DNA from: Spirochaetia bacterium | GTDB lineage: Bacteria > Spirochaetota > Spirochaetia > SZUA-6 > Bin103 | Direction of reading: 5' to 3' | DNA: 64,000 nucleotides | NCBI GenBank assembly: GCA_965208575.1 | Contig: CBDBOV010000005.1 | Location: forward strand, 192,001 to 256,000 | In this document: positions 1-9,803 of the stretch, in pieces | Layout of the letters: every line of letters starts with the position of its first letter | Position numbering within the stretch: position 1 is the first letter of the stretch | The notes under the pieces: model-generated | Told to the model about the DNA's origin: nothing | The model's database searches: none | What the model saw: only the letters and a program-made list of their open reading frames with translations | Made by a program: the position numbers and the translations under genes

Positions 1-645
1 GCTGAGAGAAGCTATGCTCAGGATTACGCCTCCGATGTTGATGCTGAATATGATGATTATGACAGGCATGATATTGGGTAGGACATGCCGGATCAGTATT
101 CTCCATCTTGAGCTGCCAATCGCCTCCGCCGCCTGAAAATACACATTCTCTTTAATGCCAATAACGGCACCTCTGACCAGTCTTGAGCCGCCGATGCCTC
201 CTGCGATCCCCAGGACCACTATTATCTGTGGCACACCCCGCCCCACTATGGACATTATGGTCAACAGCAGGAGCAGTCCCGGGTAACACACCCAGGCATC
301 GACAAATCTCTGCACAGCCAGGTCCAGTTTGCCGCCCAGGAATCCGGAAATGCCGCCTATCAGAACGGCCACCACAACATTGAGAGTGGTGGCGGTCAGA
401 CCAACAACTATCGAAAGACGAGCACCATATATAATGCGGCTCAACAAGTCTCGCCCAAACTGATCGGTACCCAGCAGATAGCGGGCCGATGAGCCCTGCA
501 GCATGTCGTACAGGTGCATTTCATTATAGGGATAGGGAGCCAGAACATCCGCCAAGATAGCCACGAAAATCAACAGCAATACGATGATTCCGCAGGCAGC
601 ACCCAGTGGATGCTCCTTCCACAGTCTGATGAAGAAACCTCTCAT
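1..645 (-). CDS. Dpp/Opp ABC permease, DppC family (3' end outside window)
   Basis: Manual translation MRGFFIRLWKEHPLGAACGII...YLLGTDQFGRDLLSRIIYGARLS; ATG overlaps the stop of the upstream DppB-type gene (ATGA). Confidence 0.9.
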   Translation of the reverse strand, partial: MRGFFIRLWKEHPLGAACGIIVLLLIFVAILADVLAPYPYNEMHLYDMLQGSSARYLLGTDQFGRDLLSRIIYGARLSIVVGLTATTLNVVVAVLIGGISGFLGGKLDLAVQRFVDAWVCYPGLLLLLTIMSIVGRGVPQIIVVLGIAGGIGGSRLVRGAVIGIKENVYFQAAEAIGSSRWRILIRHVLPNIMPVIIIIFSINIGGVILSIASLS

Positions 646-1643
646 CTATAACGGATCCTGGGGTCCAAATAGACATAAGTCAGGTCGATGAATAGAACGA
701 TCATCATAACGACGGTGGCGAAAAACAGGTTTACTCCGGAGATCACCGGGTAGTCTTTGTCCTGGAGTGCCGCCACCATCAGGCGACCTAGCCCCGGCAG
801 GTTGAATATGTTCTCCATGATAACCGAGCCGCCTATCAGGATAGGCAACTGCATGCCTACCAGGGTCACTACCGGGATCAGGGCATTCTTGAGGGCGTGG
901 CGCAGGATGACTACCTTCTCGCTCGCCCCCTTTGCCCAGGCCGTCCTGATATAGTCCTGCCGTAAGACCTCCAGCATCGTGGTTCGCGTCATCCGCATCG
1001 TCATTGCAGCTATGGACGTCCCCAGAATCAGGCTGGGAATGATAAACAACCCGAGATTCCCCAACGGATCTTCCGTGAAAGGAACCCACTCCATCGGCGG
1101 CGACCAGCCCCACCAGATTGCGGGGTAGAGCATGACCATCAGAGCCAGCCAGAAGTTGGGCGTTGCCAGGCCGATGATGGCGATGGAACGCCCCACGTAG
1201 TCGGTTGCGGTATTCTGGCGAACCGCGGAGTAGATGCCGACGGGTAGCGCTATCAACAGCCCGATTACGATTGCCAGGAGGCCAAGCTCAAGGGTTACCG
1301 GCAGTTTACGGAATATCGTCTCCTCTATCGCCTCCTGGGCGCCAAGGAGTGAGTGGCCGAGGCTGCCCTGGAGGAGACCTTTGAAGTGGGACTCACCGGT
1401 AACCCAGTCAGGGGTCGGCAACACTCCTATCCAGCGTCCATACTGCACGTGGACGGGCACGTCCAATCCCAGCATACGCTCAAGAGCTTCGCGGTCTACC
1501 TCCATGGCGATGAAGTCCCACCGACCCAGCATTGCGTCTATTGTATCGCCCGGGATGAAGCGGACCGAGAGAAAGACCAGGACGCTCAATACGAACAGGG
1601 TGGGGATTACCAGCAATAACCGCCTGATGATATAGGCTCTGAT
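642..1643 (-). CDS. Dpp/Opp ABC permease, DppB family; probable ATC start
   Basis: EAA-type motif LRQDYIRTAWAKG, C-terminal DPRIRY; frame extends to ATC-AGA-GCC-TAT-ATC-ATC-AGG-CGG (xRAYIIRR) behind AGGAGG. Confidence 0.9.
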   Translation of the reverse strand: MRAYIIRRLLLVIPTLFVLSVLVFLSVRFIPGDTIDAMLGRWDFIAMEVDREALERMLGLDVPVHVQYGRWIGVLPTPDWVTGESHFKGLLQGSLGHSLLGAQEAIEETIFRKLPVTLELGLLAIVIGLLIALPVGIYSAVRQNTATDYVGRSIAIIGLATPNFWLALMVMLYPAIWWGWSPPMEWVPFTEDPLGNLGLFIIPSLILGTSIAAMTMRMTRTTMLEVLRQDYIRTAWAKGASEKVVILRHALKNALIPVVTLVGMQLPILIGGSVIMENIFNLPGLGRLMVAALQDKDYPVISGVNLFFATVVMMIVLFIDLTYVYLDPRIRYR

Positions 1644-1682
1644 GTAACACTCCTCCTGATCGTTGCGGTATGAATCGGGTGC

Positions 1683-1714
1683 GGGAGCTGGGAGGCCCCG
1701 GCCCCCCAGCCCCC
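1683..1714 (-). terminator. GC-rich hairpin between SBP and permease (mRNA-stabilising or attenuating)
   Basis: GGGGGCTGGGGGG...CCTCCCAGCTCCC inverted repeat; no long U tract. Confidence 0.6.
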
Positions 1715-1750
1715 TTTATTGGCTGAGCTCAGCTACAAGGGATGAAACCC

Positions 1751-3535
1751 TTAATAACCCATTTCTTTCTTCAGATCACTATCAATCCAGAGGCGGGCGA
1801 AGAGGAGATTAAAACCGAGAGGGTCCAAGCCTGTGTCCATTTCACCGTTATAGCCTATGAGCCACGGCTGGGCCAAATAATACACTGCAGGTTTACCGCC
1901 CCATATCTGCCAGTGCTTCTCTATCATGTACATATCTGCCTCTGCAATCAGCCTCTGCTGCTCCTCAATGGTAGTAGCGTTTAGGGCGGCGTCAACCATG
2001 GCGTCCACCTCAGGCCACCGGGATCCGGGGCGGTTCCACACTGCATCCGAGTGAAACCAGCCTACCATCATGACAGGGTCATAAAGATTGCCCATATTGG
2101 TTTGGTGCAAGCCTTCCCAAGTACGCGAGAATACCCTCTCGTTATGTACGTCATAGGGAACTGCATCAATCTCAACATCGACGCCAATCTCTGCCCACTG
2201 GGAGACAATTATTTCAGTAATGTCCGTATTTCCAACCGAGACATTCACGGAGGTCTTAAATCTAGTGCCGTCGGCGCCGCGCGGGTATCCAGCCTCATCA
2301 AGGAGCTTCTCGGCAGCTTCCGGGTCATAGGTATAGTATTGCTTGACCTCGTCGGGCCACTCATCAAACGGGATGTAATACCCTTTCACCCCTATTAGCC
2401 CGTGAGGTGTAGTATCTGCATAACCCCTCCAGTACGTAGCCTTAATGGGCTCAAGGTCCAGTGCCATCTGCATTGCGCGGCGCACGTTGATGTCGTCAAA
2501 GGGCGGCACGCCCAAGGTAGGAGCAAAAGAACTACCCGACCGAAACCAAACCGGCCATGCCGCGATTTCGGGGTTGGTCCGCTGCAGGCTCAGTACCGAT
2601 GCCAATTGGTTCTCGACCCACCGTCTGTAATCAATCTTGCCTGTCCGCATCGCTGACATGATTGTTGCTTCCTCTGGAATCATCAGTCCCCTTAACTTGT
2701 CAACGTAGGGCAGGCGGTTCTGCGGGTATTTTTCGTCGTAGCCCCAGTAGTCAGGATTCTTGGTCCAGGTCGCAGAGCTGTCCGCGACGTAGTCAGTCAG
2801 CTCAAAGGGCCCGGTGCCGACCACGTTCCTCCAGTCCTTCATGTCACCGTATTGCTCGATTACCTCGGGGGGGGATATGTAAATAAAGTAGTCGACGAGC
2901 ATAAGCCGCAGCGCAGGGAGGTATGGCTTCGTCAGCTTAACGACCATCGTATGCTTGTCGGTGGCCGTTACCGATTCCCATGGTATGGAGACGAATGGGG
3001 CGGCGCCACCCACGGGGGAAGGTCCGGCGTCGGCAAACTTGCCCATACCCAATAGACGGTGAAAGTTGTATTCGACATCATCGGCAGTGAGCTCCCGACC
3101 GTTCATCGGTGCCTTATTATGCCAGTGAACGCCCTGGCGGATGTGGAAGGTATAGGTGCGCCCGTCCGGGGAAATATCCCAGCTTTCCGCCAGTTGCTCT
3201 ATCATGACCGACTCAGGGGTCGGGCCCGATTTAAAGTCCCATACGTCCCTATCTATTCCCCAGTTCCCGATACCTAGCTTCTCTACGACGCCCGAGATTA
3301 TCCCGCCCGAATAGTGGTAATAGGGGTCTGCCGCCTGTGGCGAATATGGGTGTAAGTGCAAGGTTAATGTCCCGCCATACTGTGGCGCAACCACCATCTT
3401 GCCGGTGGTCGGGTCGAGCACCATTTCCTTCTCCACGGCGGCTGCCGGCTCCTCTTCTGCGCCCGCGGCCCAGAGGCCGGTGGCAGTCAGGGTCAGGACC
3501 AACGCAACCGCGAAGGTCTTTATCACAATGTTCAT
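1751..3535 (-). CDS. ABC substrate-binding protein, family 5 (Dpp/Opp/Nik)
   Basis: Signal peptide MNIVIKTFAVALVLTLTATGLWA; motifs PQYGGTL, LAESW, VGTGPF, VRRAMQMALD, LLDEAGY; GGAG SD before ATG 3535. Confidence 0.93.
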   Translation of the reverse strand: MNIVIKTFAVALVLTLTATGLWAAGAEEEPAAAVEKEMVLDPTTGKMVVAPQYGGTLTLHLHPYSPQAADPYYHYSGGIISGVVEKLGIGNWGIDRDVWDFKSGPTPESVMIEQLAESWDISPDGRTYTFHIRQGVHWHNKAPMNGRELTADDVEYNFHRLLGMGKFADAGPSPVGGAAPFVSIPWESVTATDKHTMVVKLTKPYLPALRLMLVDYFIYISPPEVIEQYGDMKDWRNVVGTGPFELTDYVADSSATWTKNPDYWGYDEKYPQNRLPYVDKLRGLMIPEEATIMSAMRTGKIDYRRWVENQLASVLSLQRTNPEIAAWPVWFRSGSSFAPTLGVPPFDDINVRRAMQMALDLEPIKATYWRGYADTTPHGLIGVKGYYIPFDEWPDEVKQYYTYDPEAAEKLLDEAGYPRGADGTRFKTSVNVSVGNTDITEIIVSQWAEIGVDVEIDAVPYDVHNERVFSRTWEGLHQTNMGNLYDPVMMVGWFHSDAVWNRPGSRWPEVDAMVDAALNATTIEEQQRLIAEADMYMIEKHWQIWGGKPAVYYLAQPWLIGYNGEMDTGLDPLGFNLLFARLWIDSDLKKEMGY

Positions 3536-3539
3536 AACT

Positions 3540-3985
3540 ATCTCCAGGATGATTGATTTCGAGAGTCTTGCGGAGCGGGTTGCCGCTCCCCGGATCCTCT
3601 CGCGCCCGCAACGCGGGCGGCCGGTGTGAGTCAGATTCCTGCAGCGTGCGGCGTGTGACTCACCGGGTTCACCCGGGCTCACGCCGCGCGCGCGTGAGGT
3701 TCTTTGAGTATCATTCGAGCCTCCTTCTTCTCGTTACAACGCGACGCGTTGCGGTGGTCTGAGCAGCAGCGAGTCTGAATGGCCGGCAACGCTGGGGGTG
3801 TCGCCGGCGGGGATCCGGGACGGCCTGAGTCGCCGGGAAGGGCACGGGCGGCCCGGCGATCGACCGAGCCCGCGCCACCGATAGCTACGGCGGTGGTGAA
3901 GGCGACCGCGTGCGCGGGGTCGCGTACGGGGCGATCAGCCGGAGCGGTTAGTTGTTCTCGGTTCGAAAGTTGAGGGGGGGCGAGG
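3540..3985 (-). ncRNA. Candidate structured cis-regulatory leader RNA (copy 1)
   Basis: Homologous to 28592-28985 with compensatory changes in several stems. Confidence 0.65.
3679..3714 (-). CDS. Putative leader peptide MILKEPHARAA (copy 1)
   Basis: AAGGAGG-5 nt-ATG; identical peptide at 28822-28857. Confidence 0.6.
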   Translation of the reverse strand: MILKEPHARAA

Positions 3986-4077
3986 ATAGGACGCGCCGGC
4001 TGCGTTGCCGCTAACCGATGGCAGTGCTGAGTGGTATTATCACCCATCTTTTGCATCCGTTGAACCCTGAGGTTTTC

Positions 4078-4107
4078 AACCTAACACACCTGCGGCAAAC
4101 ACGTCAA
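4078..4107 (-). promoter_or_regulatory. Putative sigma70-type promoter of the leader/SBP operon
   Basis: TTGACG-18 nt-TAGGTT with extended TG; inverted repeat GTTGAA...TTCAAC overlapping the -10/start region. Confidence 0.45.
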
Positions 4108-4395
4108 CAGGCAAAAACAGGCGAATCAAGGTGATCCCATGCTGACGGATGTGATGGACGGACAAGCGCCGGCCTCGGCGAGCAAGCAAGCGAGTTCGTG
4201 AAGGCGAATTCGTCGGGCCTCGGTCAGATCACGACCGGCAGTCTGCGATTTGGCGGCGCGCCAGCCACCGGCGCGCGGCCCGGCAACCGCCCTCCAGGTG
4301 CGGCGGCTGACCGCCCGTGTGCCGGCGCCGACCGTACGGAAGCTGCGCCGATCCACCCGATCGGCCCCACGCACGTCTCCGCCTGCGCACGACCG

Positions 4396-4653
4396 TCACC
4401 CCGACCGGACGCGCCGCACCTCGTCCGCATCCGCCGCCAGCGCCGCGGCGATCGCCTCGGCATCCTGTCCCAGCCCATGCAGGCGGCGGATCGCCTGCGC
4501 GAGCAGCAGGCGCCGCTCCTGCTCGGCCTGCTGCTGACCCTTCTCCGCCTGCTGCTGCGCCCGTTCCGCTCGCTGCGCCCGCTGCCGCTCCTGTGCTTTG
4601 CGGATGATCGGTCCCGGAGAACCGGGGCAGCACATGTTGACGCCGCGTATCAA
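4396..4653 (-). pseudogene. C-terminal coiled-coil/HTH-like fragment resembling Rpn/Uma2-type protein tails
   Basis: QERQRAQRAERAQQQAE...GQDAEAIAAALAADADEVRR; no catalytic N-terminus. Confidence 0.4.
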
Positions 4654-5258
4654 GATTTCGTGACATGGCGAAGATTCCGTGCCACCATGGTGCGCCGGTG
4701 TCGTGACGGGATGCGGAGCAGGAGTCTTTCGGCGTTCCTGATGCTGAAGCCAGCGGAAAGATCCAATTCCGGCAACGCAGCGAACAGCCTCGTCTTGGTA
4801 GAACTCAGGTAAAGAAAATCCAATAGCGCCTTCTCTGGAGTCGCCATCTGCACTCCCCTTACGCCATGTTGTTCATAGGCGCAGAAGAACGGCGCGGATA
4901 TGTGATGCACGGAGAACGTACCCACCGGGGTAGCGTAGACCCGTGTTCGGGTAAGTGAAACGCAATAAATGACCGTGGGCATCTGCGAGATCATTCCGTG
5001 GTGGTAGAGTGCCGTCTGAAGAGAAATGTACGAGGGAAGTGGGGCCGTCAGATAGCCGACCAGCGGAAGCGGATCCCGGGTCCTGGCGATCAACCAGGTT
5101 CCCCTCTTCAACCGCAACAGATGCCCGGACCCAGCCAAGCGAGACAGAATCTGGCTGGCGTGGTCCTTGTTCACGTCAAGGAGCCCCATCACGTCAGCAG
5201 TCCTCATGACCGTTTGCCCGGTCTGCTGAATTCGAGCCAGTGCCTGGTCCAATCTCAC
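4650..5258 (-). CDS. abiEi: Type IV TA antitoxin, AbiEi family
   Basis: N-terminal wHTH-like (LSRLAGSGHLLRLKRG), SYISLQTALYHHGMI, ATPEKALLDFLY; overlaps the toxin stop. Confidence 0.85.
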   Translation of the reverse strand: MRLDQALARIQQTGQTVMRTADVMGLLDVNKDHASQILSRLAGSGHLLRLKRGTWLIARTRDPLPLVGYLTAPLPSYISLQTALYHHGMISQMPTVIYCVSLTRTRVYATPVGTFSVHHISAPFFCAYEQHGVRGVQMATPEKALLDFLYLSSTKTRLFAALPELDLSAGFSIRNAERLLLRIPSRHRRTMVARNLRHVTKS

Positions 5259-6013
5259 TGCGCTGCCTCTTCGATAGCGCCGACCACTCTGAGGACCATG
5301 TCATCCCACACGTCTCGTGAGTCATATACTGACTGGTACTCGGGATGCAGGTAAGAGAAGACCTGTCCCTTGAATATGTCGAATGTCACCGACAGGGCGT
5401 TTGTCACGGCCTCACCGAGCCGACTGTGGAGTTTGAAGTCATCCAACTCCGAATTGACGCCCGTGGACAGCAGAAGAAACAGATCAAAGACATCTCTCGC
5501 TTGGGGTACCGGCCTGGAAATGAGTGCCTCCACCTTCTGCTTGTATGCAGCGTGAGACGTATAGTGGTTCGCCAGAATCGGCGTTAGTGAATACGTATCG
5601 ATCAGTTGCGGGTCAACAGCCTCGAAGGCGTGCTCCCGAGTAATCCCTCGTCGCGAGAACTCGGTCTTCGTGTTCAGAAGCACATCAATGCCTCCTACGC
5701 TGAGCAGCATCTTCCATCGTTGCACCGTATCCGTCTGCTTCGGAGCGGAGAGTTTCGCAAGGGCGATTTGGTGGATCTGCAGGGCTTGGGAGAAAGACCG
5801 AGAAGTCAATATCGAGTCAACGCTGTCAGCAAGTTTCTGTTTTGAGACGCCCTGGACATCAATATCCATGTCTTCCGAATACCGAAAGCTCTTCATGAAG
5901 AACCTGAGATTGCATCCGCCCTTCAGGACACAGTATCTCTTGTCCAACTTGCGTCCGAGGAAGTCCAGAAACACCAGGTGAAAGAGTTCGACATACTGTG
6001 GCGCGTCATACAT
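5255..6013 (-). CDS. abiEii: Type IV TA toxin, AbiEii nucleotidyltransferase
   Basis: LKGGCNLR...RYSEDMDID, K..ALISR...RDVFDL motifs; start 6013 or 6034. Confidence 0.88.
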   Translation of the reverse strand: MYDAPQYVELFHLVFLDFLGRKLDKRYCVLKGGCNLRFFMKSFRYSEDMDIDVQGVSKQKLADSVDSILTSRSFSQALQIHQIALAKLSAPKQTDTVQRWKMLLSVGGIDVLLNTKTEFSRRGITREHAFEAVDPQLIDTYSLTPILANHYTSHAAYKQKVEALISRPVPQARDVFDLFLLLSTGVNSELDDFKLHSRLGEAVTNALSVTFDIFKGQVFSYLHPEYQSVYDSRDVWDDMVLRVVGAIEEAAQ

Positions 6014-6030
6014 ACCAGCCCCGCCCATAA

Positions 6031-6060
6031 ACAATACGCAAAGTTGACAAATATGTCAAC
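6031..6060 (-). promoter_or_regulatory. Promoter of the abiE pair with palindromic operator over the -35
   Basis: TTGACA-17 nt-TATTGT; inverted repeat GTTGACA-tatt-TGTCAAC (6043-6060). Confidence 0.75.
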
Positions 6061-6988
6061 TACAGGTGTTCCGTTCAGGGCGGCGCAGACGCACCTCACT
6101 ACTTCCGACCGCCTGTGCGCCGTAGGCGCCGAGGCGGCCGCTGCCGCCTCGCAGGCGCGGGTCGAGCAGGTCGCGGACCGCGTCACCCACCATGTTCAGG
6201 CAGTACACCACCACCGTCAGGCACAGCCCCGGCCATACCGCCAGCCGCGGCGCGATCTCCATGTACTCGCGCCCCTCCCGGCTCAGCATGCCGCCCCAGC
6301 TCGGCACAGTCGTGGGCAGGCCGAACCCCAGAAAGCTCAAGCTGGCCTCGCTGATCACCACCGCGCCGATGTTGATGCTGTAGATCACGATCAGCACCGG
6401 CGCGATGTTGGGCAGCAGGTGGTGCACCAGCGTCCGCCAGCGCGAGCTGCCGACCGCCCGCGCCGCCTCGAAGTAGACGTGCTCCTTGGCGGCGATCACC
6501 GCGCCCCGGACCACCCGCGAGCCGCCGATGCCGCCCAGCACCCCCAGCACCACGATGATCTGCAGCACCCCTCGCCCGACCACCGACATCACCGTCAGCA
6601 GGATCAGCAGGCCGGGTATCGACATCCAGGCATCGACCAGCCGCTGCACGGTCAGGTCGAGCCGGCCGCCGATGAAGCCGGAGACGCCGCCCACCACCAG
6701 CGCCACCAGCACGTTGACGGCCGTCGCGGCCAGGCCGACGCCCAGGGTGAGGCGAGCGCCGTAGATCAGGCGGCTGGCGAAGTCGCGGCCCAACTGGTCG
6801 GTGCCCAGCGGGTAGCGCGCCGAGGAGCCCTGCAGCCGGTCCATCAGGAACACCTCGTTGGGGCCGAACGGGGCCAGCACGTCGGCCAACAGCGTCACCA
6901 GGATCAACAACAGCAGCACGATCCCGAGCACCACCGCCAACGGCTTCTCCCGGCGCAGCCGGACGAAGAAATCGGCGAACGCGCCCAT
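6056..6988 (-). CDS. Dpp/Opp ABC permease, DppC family
   Basis: LGTDQLGRD, HLLPNI, EASLSFLGFG, GDAVRDLLDPR. Confidence 0.93.
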   Translation of the reverse strand: MGAFADFFVRLRREKPLAVVLGIVLLLLILVTLLADVLAPFGPNEVFLMDRLQGSSARYPLGTDQLGRDFASRLIYGARLTLGVGLAATAVNVLVALVVGGVSGFIGGRLDLTVQRLVDAWMSIPGLLILLTVMSVVGRGVLQIIVVLGVLGGIGGSRVVRGAVIAAKEHVYFEAARAVGSSRWRTLVHHLLPNIAPVLIVIYSINIGAVVISEASLSFLGFGLPTTVPSWGGMLSREGREYMEIAPRLAVWPGLCLTVVVYCLNMVGDAVRDLLDPRLRGGSGRLGAYGAQAVGSSEVRLRRPERNTCS

Positions 6989-6995
6989 CGGTGCC

Positions 6996-7955
6996 CTACC
7001 GGTAGCGCACGCGCGGGTCGATTAGCGCGTACGAGAGGTCGGTGACGAGATTGACCGCCACCACCACGGCGGCGAACACAAGGTTGACGCCGGAGACGAT
7101 CGGGTAGTCTCTGATCGTAAGCGCATTCACCAGCAGCCGCCCCAGCCCCGGCAGGTTGAAGATGTTCTCCATGATCACCGAGCCGCCCACCAGGATCGGC
7201 ACCTGCAGGGCGACCAGGCTGACCACCGGGATCAGGGCGTTCTTGACCGCGTGGCGCAGGATCACCGATCGTTCCAGCAGCCCCTTGGACCACGCGGTCC
7301 TGATGTAGTCCTGTCTGAGCACCTCCAGCATCATCGTCCGCGTCATCCGCATGGTGGCCGCGGACAGATAGGTCCCCAGGATCAGACTGGGAATGGCGAA
7401 TCCGGCCAGGCTTCCGAGCGGGTCTTCCACGAACGAGACCAGCACCAACGGTGGGGACCAGCGCCACCAGATTGCCGGAAACACGATGACCATGGTGGCC
7501 AGCCAGAAGTTGGGCGTCGCCAGGCCGAGGATGGCCAGCGACCGCCCCACGTAGTCGGCGGCCGTATCCTGGCGAATCGCCGAGTAGATACCCACCGGCA
7601 CGGCTATGACCAGCCCGATGAGAATCGCCATCAAGCCCAGCTGAATGGTCACCGGTAGTCTCTGGGCGATGCTCTGCTCCACGGTGTCGCTGCTCGTCAG
7701 TGATGGACCGAGAGTGCCGCGCAGGAAGATCCCGCCCACCCAGCGCCCATACTGGACGTAGACCGGCACATCCAGGCCCAGCCGGCGCTCCAGGGCCGCG
7801 CGGTCGATCTCCCCACCTTGCGAGGCCTCCATCCGCATTTGCATCACGCCGATCACGTCGCCCGGCAGGAAGCGGACCGAGAGAAACACCAGGACGGTCA
7901 CGAGGAACAGCGTCGGGATGACCATCAACAGCCGCCGGACGGCATACGCCCTCAT
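6996..7955 (-). CDS. Dpp/Opp ABC permease, DppB family
   Basis: MRAYAVRRLL start, LRQDYIRTAWSKGL, DPRVRY. Confidence 0.93.
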   Translation of the reverse strand: MRAYAVRRLLMVIPTLFLVTVLVFLSVRFLPGDVIGVMQMRMEASQGGEIDRAALERRLGLDVPVYVQYGRWVGGIFLRGTLGPSLTSSDTVEQSIAQRLPVTIQLGLMAILIGLVIAVPVGIYSAIRQDTAADYVGRSLAILGLATPNFWLATMVIVFPAIWWRWSPPLVLVSFVEDPLGSLAGFAIPSLILGTYLSAATMRMTRTMMLEVLRQDYIRTAWSKGLLERSVILRHAVKNALIPVVSLVALQVPILVGGSVIMENIFNLPGLGRLLVNALTIRDYPIVSGVNLVFAAVVVAVNLVTDLSYALIDPRVRYR

Positions 7956-7989
7956 GCACTACGCTCCATCAATTGCTGGGGGAATGGGC

Positions 7990-8021
7990 GCTGGGAGCGG
8001 GGCCGGCCGCCGCCCCCCAGC
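7990..8021 (-). terminator. GC-rich hairpin between SBP and permease
   Basis: GCTGGGGGGCGG...CCGCTCCCAGC; resembles the hairpins at 1683 and 30815. Confidence 0.55.
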
Positions 8022-8036
8022 TGCAAGTTCCGCGCT

Positions 8037-9803
8037 CTACGGCTTCAGGCTGCTATCGAACCACAGGCGCGTGAAGATGGTGGAGTGGCCGTTTTCCGAG
8101 ATCGACCCCTCGCCGTTGTATCCCACAACCCACGGCTGAGTCACGGAGAACTGCGGCCCCACCGGCCCGAACACGTGCCAGAACTGCTCGATCCCGTACA
8201 TATCCAATTCGCCGAGCGCCGCGTCCCGCTCCTCCAGCGTGCTCGCCGCAAGGGCCTCGGCAAACTTGGCGTTGTACCACTCGTCATCGGCATTGGCACT
8301 GTTCCATGACGTCGATGGGATGAAACGCTTCACCGGATTGACCGGGGGTCCCTTGAAAGCCGCTTCCGCGTTGATCATCTGAAAGGCTCGATCTTGTCTT
8401 CTGGCCACGAACTCAGCCAGTGGCTGCACGTTGGCCTCTACCTTGACGCCAATGGCGTCCCAGTAACTGATCAGGAGCTCGGTGTAGTTCAGATCGTAGC
8501 GCTCGAGGTGCATGAACTCGGTCTCGAATCTGACGCCATCATCGCCGCGTGGATAGCCCGCCTCGTCGAGCAGAGCCTCGGCACCGGCCGGGTCATACTC
8601 GAACGCCTCCTTGACGTCCGCCGGCCACTCAGCGAACGGGGTCGCCACGGTCGCAGTGAGGCGGCTCACCGCCCCCTGGGGGATGGTATCCGCGAAGCCT
8701 CTATAGAATCCCTGGTTGATCTCCTCGAGGTTGAGGGCCATCTGCATCGCCTTGCGTACCCGGATGTCGCCAAAGGGCTCAACCTGGATGTTCAGGCCGA
8801 CCCCATTGTCAGACCGTCCCGCAATCGGATAGACCTTCAGTTCAGGATTGGTGCGCTGCAGGCTCTCCAACTGGTCGATACTCCGCAACGTGGTAGCGCC
8901 ACCTGCTGCACCTATGTAGTCGAGCTGACCGGTGCGCAGCGCCGAGATGTACGTTGTCGTCTCGGGCATGACCAGCGCGCGTAGCTGGTCGAAATAGGGC
9001 AGGCGGTTGTCCGGGAACTTCTCGTCGAAGCCCCAGTAGTCGGGATTCTTGTCCCAGGTGACCGAGCTGCCCTTGGTCCAGTCGGTGAGGGCATAGGGGC
9101 CGGTGCCGACCAGGTCCCGCCAGTCATCGGCGTCCCCCTTGGCCTGGATTACCTCGGGGGCGTAGATGAAGTTGAGGGTGCCTTGGAGGATCGCATGAAG
9201 AGCAGAGAGGCTTGGCGCTGCCAGCTTGATGGCGACCGTCGCGCTGTCGGTCGCCGTTACCGACTCGACCTCGATGCCACCCCAAAACCCGGCATGCTCG
9301 CTGCGCTCGGTGAAGCCGCTGCCGAGGCCCAATACGCGGTGGTAGTTGAATGCGATATCCTCTGCGGTCAAGGCGCGACCGTTCATCGGTGTCTTGTCCT
9401 GCCAGCTAACGCCCTGGCGGATGTTGAGCACGTACATGAGCGGGTCCGGCTGCGACCAGCTCTCAGCCAGGTGCCCGACCGTGTGCGTCGGCGGGTTGGG
9501 CATCACAAAGTCGAACTCATCTCTTGGCGTTGCCCAGTCCTGGATGGTCGGCATTTCGACTACGACGTTGACGATTGACCCTCCCCAAACACCGGAGACC
9601 ACGACGTCGGTGCTCGCCGGCTCTTCCTTGAGTGCATAGGTGAACGTGCCGCCGTACTCCGGCGCGCTGATCATTTCGCCGGTGGTGGGGTCGAGCACCA
9701 TCTCATTCTCGGCCGCGGCCGCCTCCTCACCGGCGGGGGCGGCGAACGTAACGGTAGCCACCAGCGCGAACGCTAGCGGCAGCACCATGAGTCTGGGAGT
9801 CAT
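8037..9803 (-). CDS. ABC substrate-binding protein, family 5
   Basis: GAGGAGGAG SD, signal peptide MTPRLMVLPLAFALVA, APEYGG, LVGTGPY, VRKAMQMAL. Confidence 0.93.
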   Translation of the reverse strand: MTPRLMVLPLAFALVATVTFAAPAGEEAAAAENEMVLDPTTGEMISAPEYGGTFTYALKEEPASTDVVVSGVWGGSIVNVVVEMPTIQDWATPRDEFDFVMPNPPTHTVGHLAESWSQPDPLMYVLNIRQGVSWQDKTPMNGRALTAEDIAFNYHRVLGLGSGFTERSEHAGFWGGIEVESVTATDSATVAIKLAAPSLSALHAILQGTLNFIYAPEVIQAKGDADDWRDLVGTGPYALTDWTKGSSVTWDKNPDYWGFDEKFPDNRLPYFDQLRALVMPETTTYISALRTGQLDYIGAAGGATTLRSIDQLESLQRTNPELKVYPIAGRSDNGVGLNIQVEPFGDIRVRKAMQMALNLEEINQGFYRGFADTIPQGAVSRLTATVATPFAEWPADVKEAFEYDPAGAEALLDEAGYPRGDDGVRFETEFMHLERYDLNYTELLISYWDAIGVKVEANVQPLAEFVARRQDRAFQMINAEAAFKGPPVNPVKRFIPSTSWNSANADDEWYNAKFAEALAASTLEERDAALGELDMYGIEQFWHVFGPVGPQFSVTQPWVVGYNGEGSISENGHSTIFTRLWFDSSLKP

